Below, one piece after another: positions 34,590 through 47,600 of a stretch of DNA of 64,000 nucleotides. This stretch comes from Lama guanicoe (Eukaryota). The DNA lies in NCBI GenBank assembly GCA_013239625.1, contig MU053379.1, forward strand, positions 1,780,866 to 1,844,865, read 5' to 3'. Numbering within the stretch: position 1 is the stretch's first letter; the number at the start of each line of letters is the position of its first letter. Below the pieces are notes generated by a model. It was not told the origin of the DNA, made no database searches, and saw nothing but the letters and a program-made list of their open reading frames with translations. A program made the position numbers and the translations under genes.

Positions 34590-36270
34590 GGACTGAATTT
34601 TTCCTGTCCTGAACGTTTACTGCTTGTTTGTCTGCTTGGTATTCTGAGCCTTTCCCACTAACTGAAGCCCAGACTTTCCTTCAGTTGTCACCGTGTCCTC
34701 CTCACACGCACAAGCCGTTGGATACTCTGTCCTTTTCTCCTTCGGAAGAAGCCCTTCCCAGAGTCTCCCGTCCTGTTCTAGTCTGGACGGGTTGCTTGTT
34801 AAACCGACTGCCCAGCTATCAACTCGACATCTTCCTTCCACGTCCTCCTCCATGGTTTTACCCCTCCATCTCTTCCTCTGTTGAAAGCCCTGGGTCCTGG
34901 AACTCGCATCTGTCTTCTCCTCAGTTTCTCCCTTCATTTCTGGTGTGTGTTTTTGGGATCACACACGCCAGGTGCCTCCTAAGACAGGCTGTGGAAAGAA
35001 CAAAAAGGTTTGGGACATTGTGGGTTTGAAAGTAGATTCATCCTACCCCCACACTTAGAAGGTGGTTAGGCTGCGCCAGGATTTGGGCTGGAGCACATTT
35101 CCTCCGAACTTTGAAGGCGTGTCTCCTCCAGGCGGCAGGGTTGCCTCTGAGAAGCCTGGCGCTGGCCTAGTTTTCAGGTTTTGGTATGAAAGCTGTTTTT
35201 TGCCCTCTGCAGGGTGGTGTGCCCTTTGCTCTGTCCCTGACGTCCACTCCCGTCACAGCTGAGTGACAGCTGTGGTTCCACTCTCCTGCGTTTTTCTGGG
35301 TCCTCACCTGGTTCTCTTGCTCTGGACGCTTCCGTCCTTCAGGTCTGGGAGCTTGTCTTTGATGGTCTCCTCCACCCTCGGTTCTCTCTTCGCTCCTGGA
35401 TTGTCTGTTATTTGCATCTTTGACTTCCCGGGTTGATTTTCTGATTTTCTTATTTCTTCTCTCCTATTTTTTCCTCATCCTTTTGCTCTAATTTCTCTAG
35501 GTTTTCTTAACCATATCTTCTAATTCTTATACTGAACCTTTAATATCTGCTGCCATAGTGTTAATTTCCAAGAGCCCTTGTTGCCTTTGAAAGTAACGTT
35601 TAGTGCCGTCCTGTTCTGCTTTGTCAGTGCAGTGTCACCGCTTCTGTCCCTGAGTGTGTCACCATGGTCTCTGAGGGCTCCTTCCCTGTGCGGCTCTCTC
35701 CCGAGTGGCTGTTGTCTGTTTCTTGTTGCTGCAGTTTTCATCTTATGTGCTTTCTTCTTCCGTCAGGGGGTCTTTGGCCTCCACTCATGTTTAAGTGAGA
35801 CTGTTAACAAGATGATCAGAAACTGTAAACAGGAGGGTCTGCTCCTGGCGCCTCTGTAAGGTGAGCTGACTGGGGCGTGACCCTGGGCAGCGCTCCTGTC
35901 TCAAGTTTTAGATCTTTATCGGGGAGTAGTCAGATTTCCCAGTGGAGGGTCACCCGGTGCCCTGTCTTGAGGGAAAGACCTGTTTACTTCTGGGAATCTA
36001 GTGGGAGAGGAAGTGGGGTTGTGTGCGGGGGGGGGGTGGTTTAGCAGAAACGCTCTCCTATGCTCCTGACGTTGTCTCAAGGACAACTGTGAGCGTGAAA
36101 GCGCGGACAGTTTATTTGATACATTGCAGGGCCGTCCCAGGCTGCTTCAGTCTCCTCACCCCCACATCCCTCCTCCCTCCCTCTCTCCTCCTTTCTCCCT
36201 TTTGCCTCCTGTACTCATGAAACTGGTAAGAGCTGCTACCTCCTGGGAGGGCGAACGGTCAGGGGGAAGG
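34590..36270 (-). mobile_element. HAL1 (half-L1) remnant
   Basis: cctacccccacactt...gaactttgaaggc...gttgcctctgagaagcctg...; ttaatttccaagagc; catgtttaagtgagac, recalled HAL1 motifs. Confidence 0.7.
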
Positions 36271-36294
36271 GGAGGCATAGTTTTCACCGTATCT

Positions 36295-36625
36295 TTTTTT
36301 TTATTAATTAAAAATTTCAGGGAATATTTGTAGATTCACATGCAGTTGTAAGAAATAGAGATATTCCTTATACCTTTCCTCCAGTTTCCTCCGGTGATAA
36401 CATTTTGCAAAGCTTGAGTGTAATATCACAACCAGGGCAGTGACATTGATGCAATCCACCAGCCTTATTCGGATTTCCCGAGTGTCATGTATATTCGTGT
36501 GCGAGTATGTGTGTGTGTTACGTTCTATACAGTTTTATCACCGTGTAGGTTCCTGTGAACACAGCAGTCAAAACACTGGACAGATCCAGCATCACAAGGA
36601 TGACAGGTGTCGCCCTTTTATGAGC
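36295..36625 (-). mobile_element. L1MC1/2-like 3' end
   Basis: tagattcacatgcagttgtaagaaata...ccagtttcctcc...aacattttgcaaa...atatcacaaccagg...gacattgatgcaatccacc. Confidence 0.8.
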
Positions 36626-36725
36626 ACATACACTCCGTGCACCTTTCTGTACGAAAGGAACAGTCAGGCTGAGTGACTCCTGTCACCTACTCCAAAAATA
36701 AAACTGATCAAAAATTTATAAGTTT

Positions 36726-37516
36726 AATGCTGGAGAGGGTGTGGAGAACCCTTTCCTTTTGGGAACCCTCTTACACTGTTGGTGGGAATGTAGTTTGGTG
36801 CAGCCACTATGGAAAACAATATGGAGATTCCTTGAAAAACTGAAAGTAGACTTGCTGTATGATCCAGCAGTCCCACTCCCGGGCATGTATTTGGAGGAAA
36901 CTCTAATTCAAAAAGATACATGCACCCCAGTGTTCGTAGCAGCACTATTTGCAATAGTCAAGACATGGAAGTGACCTAAATGTCCATCAACAGATGACTG
37001 GATAAAGAAGATGTGATATATATATATGTGTGTAGATATATATAGCAATATTACTCACCCATAAAAAAGAATGAAATAATGCCATTTGCAGCAGCATGGA
37101 TAGACATAGAGACCATCTTACTAAGTGAAGTAAGCCAGAAAGAGAGAGAAAAATACCATATGATACCACTCTTATGTAGAATCTTGAAAGAAAAAAGAAG
37201 ACATAAATGTGCTTATTTACAAAACAGAGACAGACTCACAAACATAGAAAACAAACTTATGGTTACCAGGGGGAAAAGGGGGTGGGGAGGGATAAATTGG
37301 GAGTTTGGGATTTGCAGATACTAAGTACTATGTATGAAATAGATAAACAACAAGGTCCTACTGTACAGCACAGGGAACTAGATTCAATACCTTGTAATGG
37401 CCTATAATGAAAAAGAATATGAAAAGGAATATATACATTTATATAAAACTGAATGACTATGCTGTACCTCAGAAATTAACATTGTGAACTGACTGTGCTT
37501 CAATTTAAAAAAACTT
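36726..37516 (+). mobile_element. Relatively young, 5'-truncated lineage L1 (ORF2 C-terminus plus 3'UTR), sense to the gene
   Basis: [23 protein letters not shown]...DTCTPVFVAALFAIVKTWK (L1 ORF2 Cys-rich end); MPFAAAWIDIETILLSEVSQ; degenerate TSD aaaatttataagttt / aaaaatgctaagttt. Confidence 0.95.
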
Positions 37517-38719
37517 AAAAAATGCTAAGTTTTAAGAGTTGAGGGAAATTCCGCCACCTACGATGTCCCGCACCGAAGACTGCCTGCGGGTTGGGGCGGG
37601 GGACGGGAGTCAGGTCGGTCTGCGTTGGTGAAATGAGGACGTGGGACGTTGCTCAGTCACTGCGGTTTTATCAAGTTCAGGTACAGTAACCTGAGTTGGG
37701 TGCCAGACGAGGGTCATGCGAAGGCTGGCTAACAGCTTCTTGGATGAATAATTTGTTTCTGTCATTTGTACAGTATTTCTGAATGAGTTCTGTGTAAAAA
37801 TGGTTCACTCAAGTTCTTTGTTCCTTCAAACAGTTTAGCCATGATCTTTGAAATATCTTTTCACTGTTCTTTGTTGGCTAGAGTATTGGAGGTGGAGATC
37901 TGGGGGACCTTTGTATCATAACGTCTGATTTTATGTTTGAGGAAACTAATGTGAAAGAGAATTTAAATTGGGGCCAGGACTCGGGTTTTCTGACTCGTTT
38001 AGTAAATACTTAAGAGAAAAAAGCAGAAAGTTAAGATTAGAAAGTATATTTAATGCAGGTGGACGGGGTGAGCTTATTTCAAATCCTGAAATGTGTATGA
38101 AATGCTGGACTCTTTCTGGGAGTTACTCGGCACGCAGCGTGGCCACCAAGTGGGGAACAGTAGGGAATTTTAGGGCGAGCTGCTTTTTGCAGCAAGTGAG
38201 CAGTTTGTTTATTCAGGAACACCGGCTCTTGGGACACTCTCAGCTCGCTTAGCTTGTAAACAGCCTTAACTTTGTTGGCTTACCTTCTACTTGGGTAATC
38301 ACCTCATAGAACCGTGAGGACGGTTGGTTGTTTTGGAAGTGAGTACACACTGATTTTTCTTGTTAGGGGTCTTTGAGTTCACAAGATTTCAACCGGTTTC
38401 ATCCCCGGTGTTGAAATTCTAATCTGTGATCTGAACGTCGCTTCCAAAGAGAGCAAAGTTTCCTAGGACCTTCACAATCCAAGTGTTGAAACTCCGATGG
38501 TAATGACCTTCTGCGTGGAAGTTCACGGTTTCATCATTGGAAGTCACAAGTGTTTGGTGGGGGAGGTGCAGAAAGGAGACCTATTGAACCTACTTTGAGC
38601 AAATCTGGGCGTGAGGACAGGTCAGTTTTCACTATCTTCTGACATCGTGATGTGTTCCCTCCCTTACGTATTTTAAAATTGATGTAATATTGTATATGGT
38701 GTCTTGAATCCTCCTTTTA

Positions 38720-39460
38720 AAATTAAAAGCAATTAACGTGCAGTGAACTTGGCTGACAGTCAGAATGCAGAGCAGGAATATCACCCCTCCAAACTCCCTC
38801 AGACTCCTCGTCTGTCCTCACGTCCTCACGTCCTCCCCCACCCCCACCCTAGTTCTCTGTCGCTGTTAGTTTTGTCCTTTTGAGAATGCCACACAAATGG
38901 AATGCTGCAGTCTGTAATCTTTTGACACTGGAGCCCTAGTTTGTTGAGAATTTTAAAAATTATTTATTTATTGCATTTTTTTTTGCAGGGGGGTAATTAG
39001 GTTTATTTATTTATTTTACTGGAGGGACCGGGGATTGAACCCAGGCCCTTGTGCATGCTAAGCATGTGCTTTACCACTGAGCTGTACCCTCCCCCTGTTG
39101 AGAATTTTTATCAGCGATGGATAGTGAAGCTTGTTAGATGCTTTTCCTGCGCTACATGATACAATCGCGTGGTTTTTCTTCTTTGGGCAGTTAATATGCT
39201 GGATTACGTGGATTGATTTTCGAATACCAGATCAGTCTTGCGTGCCATGGAGAAGCCCTCCTTGACCTTGGTGTGTGTTTCATGTCCTCTCTCCCTGGAT
39301 TTGAACTGATAATGTTTTGCTGAGGACTTTGGCTTCTGTGATCACCCGACTGTTTGCCCCAGTTTTCTGTTCCTGTGTGCTCTTTGTCTATTTTTGTTGG
39401 CCCCAGAAAGTGAAATAGGAAGTATTTGCTTTGCTTCTTTTTTGGGGAAGAGATTGTGTA
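38720..39460 (-). mobile_element. Old L1 fragments (3' end plus ORF2 piece) interrupted by a SINE
   Basis: ttttgtccttttgagaatgccacacaaatggaat; gttgagaatttttatc...atgcttttcctgc...ttgattttcgaata are L1M motifs. Confidence 0.7.
38955..39095 (-). mobile_element. tRNA-Ala-derived SINE (Vic-1-like) with a perfect 13-bp TSD
   Basis: ggggattgaacccaggcccttgtgcatgctaagcatgtgctttaccactgagctgtaccctccccc; TSD tgttgagaatttt at 38942-38954 and 39096-39108. Confidence 0.95.
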
Positions 39461-39639
39461 TCATAAACATTTCTCTGTGGAATCAGACTTAAAAAATTAA
39501 TTTTAATATCTGCCTAACAATTGTATTAGAATCACCATATTTTTCTTAGTATTATGTGACAGTTATTACTATATATTATGTAGCATACATATGCATATAT
39601 AATATATACACACGTATGTACACATATATACACATACAC

Positions 39640-39870
39640 ATAACAGTCCTTACGTACTGAGTGGCACTTGTGGAACACTTAGCACACCTGGGGCACGTGT
39701 TTCACTGGGCCAGCGGAGCAGGAACAGTTACTACCTCCACTTGCATGCGAGGAGCAGTACGGCACAGAGAGCTGAAGTTAATTGCTCAGGCTCGCGAGGT
39801 TTCTACGTGGCCAAGTAGGATTTGAACTCAGGCTGTCTGACTCAGGTCCCGAGGTTTTAACGATGACATT
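39640..39870. mobile_element. MIR
   Basis: ggcacagagagctgaagttaattgctcaggctcgc...ggatttgaactcaggctgtctgactc, the MIR core. Confidence 0.7.
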
Positions 39871-39899
39871 GTGTCCTCTGACTAGATCGTGATTTGTTT

Positions 39900-42800
39900 C
39901 TTCAGGCCTCCATTCAGCGTATTCAGGTATTTTCCACGTCCTCGCTGTGACGGATGTCCTTGTACTGAAGTCGTTGATGGTCTCTGACAGTGTCTTTGGG
40001 TTGGACTCCTAGATGTGCTGTTTCAGTGTCAGAGTGTGTGCCCGTCGTAGAGACGAACACGCACAGCTATGTCACTTTCCAGGAATTTGAACAGATTAGA
40101 AATTCCAGCAGCAGCGCCTGCGAGTGCTCAGTTTAGTGTCCTCTGCCAGAATTGAATATTATAATTACTTTGCATATTTTAAAATCAGTTTGAAAAAATT
40201 CAGTTTGATTGCACAGAGACAGTTTCTCATTGCTTTAGTTTGCCTTTCTTCTTTGCTAGTGAAACTGGATGTTTTTAAAGATGTTTATTGGTCATTTATA
40301 TATTTTTTCCTTGTGAGAAAAACGTGTTCATGTCAGTTCTCCATCTTTTTTGTCTAATGGGATAACAGTGTTTCTTAGTGATTTGTCAGAGTTCTTGATA
40401 TGTCCCATATATGAATCTTTCATCCTATTTCACAAGTTTTACCTGGATTTTGGGCACACAGGAGAAGTTATTTGTATCCAGTCAAAATGATATGCCTTTT
40501 TCTTTGTATTTTTTTCATTGTTTTATTCTCAGATCCGGGCTCTCAGTCACATATTTATATCACATAATCCTTTAGGTCTTTACCCCTCTATTTTTACGGT
40601 TTAATTCTTTAAAAAATTAACTCTTTACTTCATTTGAAATTTACTTTAGCATAGGATGGAGATTTAACTTGGATTAACAGGTTTAGCGTCAGATTGTTTG
40701 TTGAGTGATGACTCTTCCTTTACCCACACATTTTGGTGCCCCCTGTGTCCATGCTTATGGGCCAGAGCAGTTTTTGTGATGCCAGTTTCATTCTATTTTC
40801 CATTAAATCATTGTTGTAGTTTCTTAGCATGCTCATTATTTGTTGGGGCAAGACTCCGCTCCTCTTGTTTTGGAAAAAAAAATCATTTGCTCCTATCACT
40901 CATTTATCCTTCCAGATGAACTTAGAATCGCTGTTAAATTTTATCCCAATGCCTCTGGGTTTTGACAGATCTATAAAAAAAATTGTGGAAATATGGCACC
41001 TACAGCATTGATTCATCTCATTCGTAGTTCACGTCACTCCATCTAGGCTTTAAAAAACTCTGTCAAGATTTATGATTATTCGCCTCTTTCTTGCACTTGT
41101 TTGTGAAAGTTATTCTGGTGTTAATTATTTGTTGTTGTTGTTTTATTCTTCATATATTCTTTAAAATACTCCTTTTTATAATTTACTCTTCACTATTTTT
41201 ATTAAAGGATAGTTGATTTAAAATGTGTTAGTTTCAGGTGCACAGCAAAGTGATTCAGTTATACATTTATATGTCTATGTCTGTTCTTTTTCAGATTCTT
41301 TTCCATTATAAGGCTATTTCAGGATGTTGAGTGTGGTTCCCTGTGCTCTACGCTAAATCCTTGTTATGTTCTTTTATATAGTCGTGTATATGTTCATCTC
41401 AGACTCCTGATTTATCCCTCCCCCCTTTCCCCTTCCATAACCATAAGTTTTTTTTTAATGTCTGTGAGTCTGTTTCTGTTTTGTAAATAAAGTCAGTTGT
41501 ATTATTTTATTTTTTTACTTTTATTTTTATTTATTGAAGTATAGTCAGTTAGAATGTGTCAATTTCTGGTGTACAACATAATGTTTCAGTCATACATACA
41601 CATACATATATTCGTTTTCATATTGTTTTTCCTTTTTTAAAAACTTTTTTTATTGAGTTAGTAGTCAGTTTACAATGTGTCAATTTCCAGTGTAGAGCAC
41701 AATTTTTCAGTTATACGTGAACATACATATATTCATTGTCACATTCTTTTTCTCTGAGCTATCACAAGATCTTGTGTATAGATACTGTATAGCACAGGGA
41801 AATATATATATACAGCTGTATTATTTAAAAAAATTCTACATGTAAGTGATATCATATGATATTTGTCTCTGACTTACTTCACTTCATATGACAATCTCCA
41901 GGTCCATCTGTGTTGCTGCAGATGGCATTATTTCATTCTTTTTTATGGCTGAGTAGTATTCCATTATATAAATACACCACAATTTCTTTATCCAATCATC
42001 TGCTGGTGGACATTTTATTTTTAATTTTATTCTTTATGTTTTATTCTTAAATCTTAGGCTACATAAGTAATAATAAAGACAATTTTGTTATTCAAACCAA
42101 TACCATATATTTTCAGTAATTTGCTATTGTAGGGAATTTTTACAGTCTTGCTGTCATTGAATAGGTTTTTAATGTTGGCTGCTGACTAAGCTAATTATTC
42201 TTCATTATGCTATGGAAGTTTCCTTTTGTTTCTGGTTTTCTAAGGGTTTTTAAAAAACCAACCCTGAATGTTGCCTGTGGTCAGATGCCTTGTTAACATT
42301 TATTGAAGTGTTTAATGTAGCATAATGTAAGTAAATATCCATAATTAGCTGTTCCTGAAATAAATCCTAAATAGCCATGATATATTTTTTCTTTTAAAAT
42401 AATGTTGGATTTGCTTTGTTCATATTTTCTATAGAATTTTTGCTTTTATATTATTGACATATTGACATATAGCTTCTTTGCCAGGACTTGGTGTTACTAC
42501 ACTAGCTTTACAAAGCAAATTGGTAAGTTTAATGTATTTTTATGTTCCAGAATGTTTTTTGATGCATGGGAATGATCTGTAAGTTTAAAATTTGAAAGAA
42601 CATTTTGTAGTACCACTTGGCCTATAGTTTCTTGAAGGTAATTTTGTACAAACTTTTCCATTTATTCCATTGCTACTTTTCTATGTAGGTAATTTGTTTT
42701 CCCAAAGAAATGTCAGCTTCATTAAGATGTTTTAAATGAACAAAATTATTGCATTTTCAAATTTTAACCTGTTCTGTAATGGTGATTATGTAACATTTTT

Positions 42801-43330
42801 TCTCAGTAGTATCTCATGTGTGTTTCTTTCTTATTTCCTTGATCAAATCTGATTGTGTTTGGTTTATTTTATTATTTTTGGAAGGTCCATCTCTTATGTA
42901 ACTTTATCAATTTTCCTCTTTTTCCTGTTTTATGTATCATTAATTACAGCTTTAATAGTTCTTTAAAATCTTCTGTTAATTCCTCTGGTTTCTAATATCT
43001 TGAATTAAGTGCTTTATTTATATATTTTTCTTTCCTTGCAAATGATGCATTTACCTCTGAGAGCAGCTTTAGACTCACCGTATAAGTTTGAAAATGCCAC
43101 GCAGTCATTATTGTGCTTTTCAGATAGTCTTGTAGTTTTACTGTTTTTTCTGCAGTTGATTATTTAGGGGAGTGATTTTTAATTTCTAAGTTGTCAGGGT
43201 GTTTTTATGTCTATATTTAAAAATGCCAATTTCTAACTTTCTTTCACTTTGTCCAGAGAATAGGGCCTTGGATTGGAACATGACCTCCTGCTACCTGGTG
43301 GTTTGGTTGTTTAGATGGGTCTTTATTCAT
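39900..43330 (-). mobile_element. Highly degraded L1ME-like ORF2/3' region hosting younger insertions
   Basis: AT-rich L1-antisense motifs (tttatccttccagatgaacttagaatc; ggaagtttccttttgtttctggttttctaagggttttt; atgcatttacctctgagagcagctttag). Confidence 0.6.
41195..42012 (-). mobile_element. Nested cluster of young lineage L1 3' ends
   Basis: Host L1 tail (41195-41507 plus 41827-42012) split by an insert with TSD cagttgtattattt (41494-41507) / cagctgtattattt (41813-41826); the insert holds two further L1 tails and an inverted piece. Confidence 0.85.
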
Positions 43331-43349
43331 GCCATTTCGATCATTGATA

Positions 43350-43790
43350 GCTCTTCCCTGGGAGATAAGGTTGCATGTGGATTAGGGTTGCTCATCAGAG
43401 GACTATGAGGTGGGAGACGAGCCTGGATTTTCTGGGAAGGCCCTTTGTAATCACAGGGGTCCTGATCAGTGAAAGAAGGAAGCAGGAGGGGAGCAGGGGA
43501 AAGTGATGGGAAGACAGAGCTGAAGCAGGAGTGATACCATTACTGGCTTGGAGACGGAAGGGGGCCACGAGCCAGGGAATGCGGCCAGCCTCCAGGATCC
43601 GCGAGCAACGGCAAGAAAACGGATTCTCCCCTGGAGCTTCCAGAAGGAATGCAGCCCTGCTGGCACTTTGAGTTTAGCCCAGTGAGACTGCTGTTGGACT
43701 TCTGCCTTCTCGAATTGCAAGATTTTGCTCTGTTTTAAGCCACTAAATTTGTGGAAATTTATTACTGCAGCAGTGGGAAACAGCGTATCA
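43350..43790 (+). mobile_element. MLT1D-like MaLR LTR
   Basis: ggggccacgagccagggaatgcgg...ggcaagaaaacggattctcccctggagcttccagaaggaatgcagccctgc...ttttaagccactaaatttgtgg. Confidence 0.9.
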
Positions 43791-43814
43791 AATGTTGGCC
43801 ATGGTCTGACTCTC

Positions 43815-44066
43815 TGAAATAGATAAACAACAAGTTCATGCCGTATAGCACAGGGAACTGTATTCAATATCTTGCAGTAACTTAAGGTGACAAAGAATAT
43901 GAAAACGAGTATGTGTATGTTCATGTATGACTGAAGCATTGTGCTCTACACCAGAAATTGACACGTTGTAAACTGACTATAGTTCAATAATATATATGTA
44001 TATTTACAATATGTACATACTATATATATTATTGTATATATTATATATATATATATACACAAAAAA
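43815..44066 (+). mobile_element. Short lineage L1 3'UTR with a (TA)n tail
   Basis: agataaacaacaag...tatagcacagggaact...ccagaaattgacac...tgtaaactgactata, the same tail family as 37330-37500. Confidence 0.85.
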
Positions 44067-44099
44067 GAGCAAACGGGAAGTCCTAGAGGGGTCGACTCT

Positions 44100-44300
44100 G
44101 TGTGCCCACCACACAGACACTTGTGTGAACCGGTTCTCTGTCCTCACTTGATGTGCCGTATGCGTGTTTTCTCACTGTGTGGCTGCCCCCCACCCCCGAT
44201 GAGAATGTCTGTTTCCGGAAGCAGGAACTTCATCTGTTGTGCTCACTGTCTCAGGCCCAGGGCCTAGTGTGGAGGGGAAGCTCAGTAAATATTTGTTGGA
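44100..44300 (+). mobile_element. L2 3' end
   Basis: ggaagcaggaacttcatctgttgtgctcactg...cccagggcctag...ctcagtaaatatttgttgga. Confidence 0.7.
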
Positions 44301-44491
44301 TTATTTATTTTTGCCTAAAGGACATTGTACCAACTAAATGAAACCTAATTTGCATCCTGGATGGAATATGGCCAACTGTAGTAAGTAACAGAAATAAAAA
44401 GGAGAAATTGAGTTAAAATTATCCAAGATCAAATATTAATTTCCAGTGCTCTTTCTGGTGTTTGGTCATATGCATAAATATTTTTTCCCAT

Positions 44492-44878
44492 GTTTTTAAT
44501 TGAAGTATAGTCAGTTATACTGTGGGTCACGACAAGGTATTGGATGTAGTTCCCTGTGCTGTACGGTAGAAACTTGTTGTTTATCTATTTTATATGTAGT
44601 AGTTAGTGTCTGCTAATCTCTAACTCCTAATTTATCCCTTCCCATCCCTTCCCCCCTGGTAACCATAAGTTTGTTTTCTGTGTCCATAAGTCTGTTTCTG
44701 TTTTGTAAGTAAGTTCATTTCTGTCATTTTTTTTAAGATTCCACCTATGAGGGACATCATATGGTGTTTTTCTTTCTTTCTCTTTCTGACTGACTTCACT
44801 TAGAATGACGATCTCCAGGTCCATCCATGTTGCTGCAAATGGCATTACTTTATTCTTTTTTATTGCTGAGTAGTATTC

Positions 44879-44924
<46 letters not shown>

Positions 44925-45045
44925 AAATATATATATATATATATATCTGCTTCTTTATCCAGTCTTCTGTTGATGGACATTTAGCTTGTTTCCATGTTTC
45001 CATGTCTTGGCTACTGTAAATAGAGCTGCTGTGAACATTGGGGAA
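44492..45045 (-). mobile_element. Lineage L1 3' end containing a (GT)20(AT)n microsatellite at 44881-44946
   Basis: Minus-strand ORF 44627-44980 ...EYYSAIKKNKVMPFAATWMDLEIVILSEVSQ (L1 ORF2 end). Confidence 0.92.
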
Positions 45046-45347
45046 TATTTTTTACACAGTTAGTAAATGTTCCTTACACAGTGAATTAGCCTCTCATGAA
45101 ATAAGATATGTGGTCATCCTAAAATACAATGTTGTATGTTGCCTTTTGACTTACACGGATGATGTTTCATTTTTGTGACTTAACATTTTTTAAGTAGGTA
45201 ACTGTGAGTTTTTCTGTAATTACTGTTTTACAGACTGACATTCCATTGACTATGTAGGCTGGTCCATCAAATACACTGAATGTATATAAAATTGATTTAT
45301 TGTTGGTTATTTAAAATATTATAGGTTATTTACAGTATTTGATTACT

Positions 45348-45570
45348 ATTTTTTATTGAAGTATAGTTGATTTACAGTGCTTCAGGTGTATAGCAAAGTG
45401 ATTCAGTTAAATATATATATTCAATTAAATATATATATATATATTCCTATTCTTTTTCAGAGTCTTTTCCATTATAGGTTATTACAAGATACTGAATATA
45501 GTTCCCTGTGCTGCACAGTTGGTCCTTGTTGTTTATCTTATATATAACACTGTGTATCTGTGAATCCCAT
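45348..45570 (-). mobile_element. Short lineage L1 3' tail
   Basis: tttttattgaagtatagttgatttaca...caggtgtatagcaaagtgattcag...attacaagatactgaatatagttccctgtgct. Confidence 0.85.
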
Positions 45571-47149
45571 AGATTTAGTTACTCTGAGTTAAACACGGTT
45601 GTGCGTGAGTTCGTTACGAGTCACTGTAACTCTGATCATCGCTGTGATTGTGGCTGTCCGGCAGGTCGGGGCTCTCTGCGCCGCGGACAGTGCCTGTGGA
45701 GTTACAGGGCTTCCACGTTTCTGTGTAGAGCTCTGTCCACCAGGGTCCCTGTCTTAGAGTGTTTTGAAGAGCTCTTAAATTTTTGTTTAGTTTATTCGTA
45801 AGGCACTCTGCTGCTACCTCCTCTCCACCTCTGACTGCACCTCTACTGGAAAGTTGTTCCTTCCCTGAAATCACCAGAACCTTTACAAGAACAAGAGGCA
45901 AAAGCAGAGTGTCGATGGGACAGTGATGACAAAGGAGAAATACCACTTGGGAGGTGCACCACGGGGGCCATGAGCATCAGACCAAGTCATCGCCTTAAAG
46001 CATGTCACATGATGACCTTTGCTCTTTAAAACAGACACTTTGCTATTCTTATCTTCTCTTCTTGACAGTTGCTTCTCTGCTTGCTGACTGCTCCTCTGAT
46101 AACAAGATCAGAAGGAAAAACAAAATTTTAACCATTGACTCAATTTCACGAGGGCAGTGCAGGGCCCTGGGGCGGGGGAGCGGATCCTCCCTGGCGCCCT
46201 CTGGTTTACAAGCCAGCAGTGTTCGCTGAATTACAAACAGTAACTCCAGGCCTGGGAGGAGAAGGTGTCCCCTCCAGAGCAGAGCAGGACACTTGTTTTG
46301 CCTAAGATGGGAAGAGCATCGTCTTTCAGTCTTGAGCCAAGAAAGCCATAAATGGACACATCTTGTCCTGCCTGGGAAGGGACGCTCCGAGGCTTCTGGG
46401 GTGCCCTAGTGTCTCTGGGTGCTTCTCTCACTTTGGTGTTTTTTTTTTATAAATGTTTCTGAGCCCATTGGGAGGTAGAGTAGGAAGGAAAGAAGGAAGA
46501 AGGGGCGGTAAGAGGTTTGCTTGCCTGGGAGCACTGTCTTTTGATGAACGTTCTGAGTGTCAGCCCAGAATGAAGGTTTATTTTAGGAGATACCGGGAAT
46601 GAAGTCGTTGTGTTGATGTTGTGCAGGAGCGATCTGCCTTGTTCCACCACAAAGGACAGTAAAAGTTCACGATCCGCCTGCGTCTTCATAGGCTCTGCCG
46701 TGGAAGCATCCACGGACGGGAAGCTTGGCTCGGACCGTTCGTAGTGGGGGTCCTGGCCCGCGAGCCTGGAGACACACGTTCTGGTCCCACAGGTTCATCT
46801 GTGTTCTCAGTTTCCTCATCTGTAAAAGGTGAACGCTTGTGCCAAGTTGTAAATTTGTCAGTGTACGTTTTCCTTACATTGGTAACGCTGAAACTCTGAA
46901 ATCCTGTCATTAATTTTAAATCGCTAGCCTGTTGGAAAGGATGTTGGAAATACGCTTCCTTCGGAGGCTTGTTTACAGCCAGGCCGATCGAGTATTGCTT
47001 CTGAGCCTGCCCTGAATCATTACTCACTTTTATTTCATGAGAATTACCCTCAGGAACGTGCTTTTCCGTTGGTTTCCCGGAGCCGCTGAGATGGCGCGGC
47101 TGGGTGGGTTTCTTCTGCGTGTCGTGAAGTTTTGCCCCTAGGAGCCAGC

Positions 47150-47600
47150 AATGCTCAAAGGGAGATCCTTGGCTCAGTAACATCAGAATCCCTGGCAGCC
47201 CCCGGGGGCTTGCTGGACGGACAGAATCCTGGGCCCAACCCCAACCTGCCGAACCGAACCAGAATCTTTGGGGGCGGGACCCAGTGAACTTCACTCCAGC
47301 GAGGTCTCTCTCGCTGTCCCACTGCAAAGAAATGACACAGTGGCAGAGGGTGTTTCTGAGAGGACCGTGAGGGGGACCAGCATCTGTGATGTCTCTACCG
47401 TTTCTGCTGCACACAACTTACTTCATTTAGTATGACCATCTCCAGGTCCATCCATGTTGCTGCAAATGGCACTATTTTATTCTTTTTTATGGGTGAGTAG
47501 TATTCCATTGTATGTATACATACCACAGCTCCTCTATCCAGTGTGATGGAAGAATTGACCACTGCACTGTAATTACATTTGTTAGTCTGGGTGCTGTGCT
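47150..47600. mobile_element. MER5A-like fragment followed by an L1 3' ORF2 fragment (minus)
   Basis: cagaatcctgggcccaacccc...gaaccagaatct (MER5A-like); cttacttcatttagtatgaccatctccaggtccatccatgttgctgcaaatggc (L1). Confidence 0.65.
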
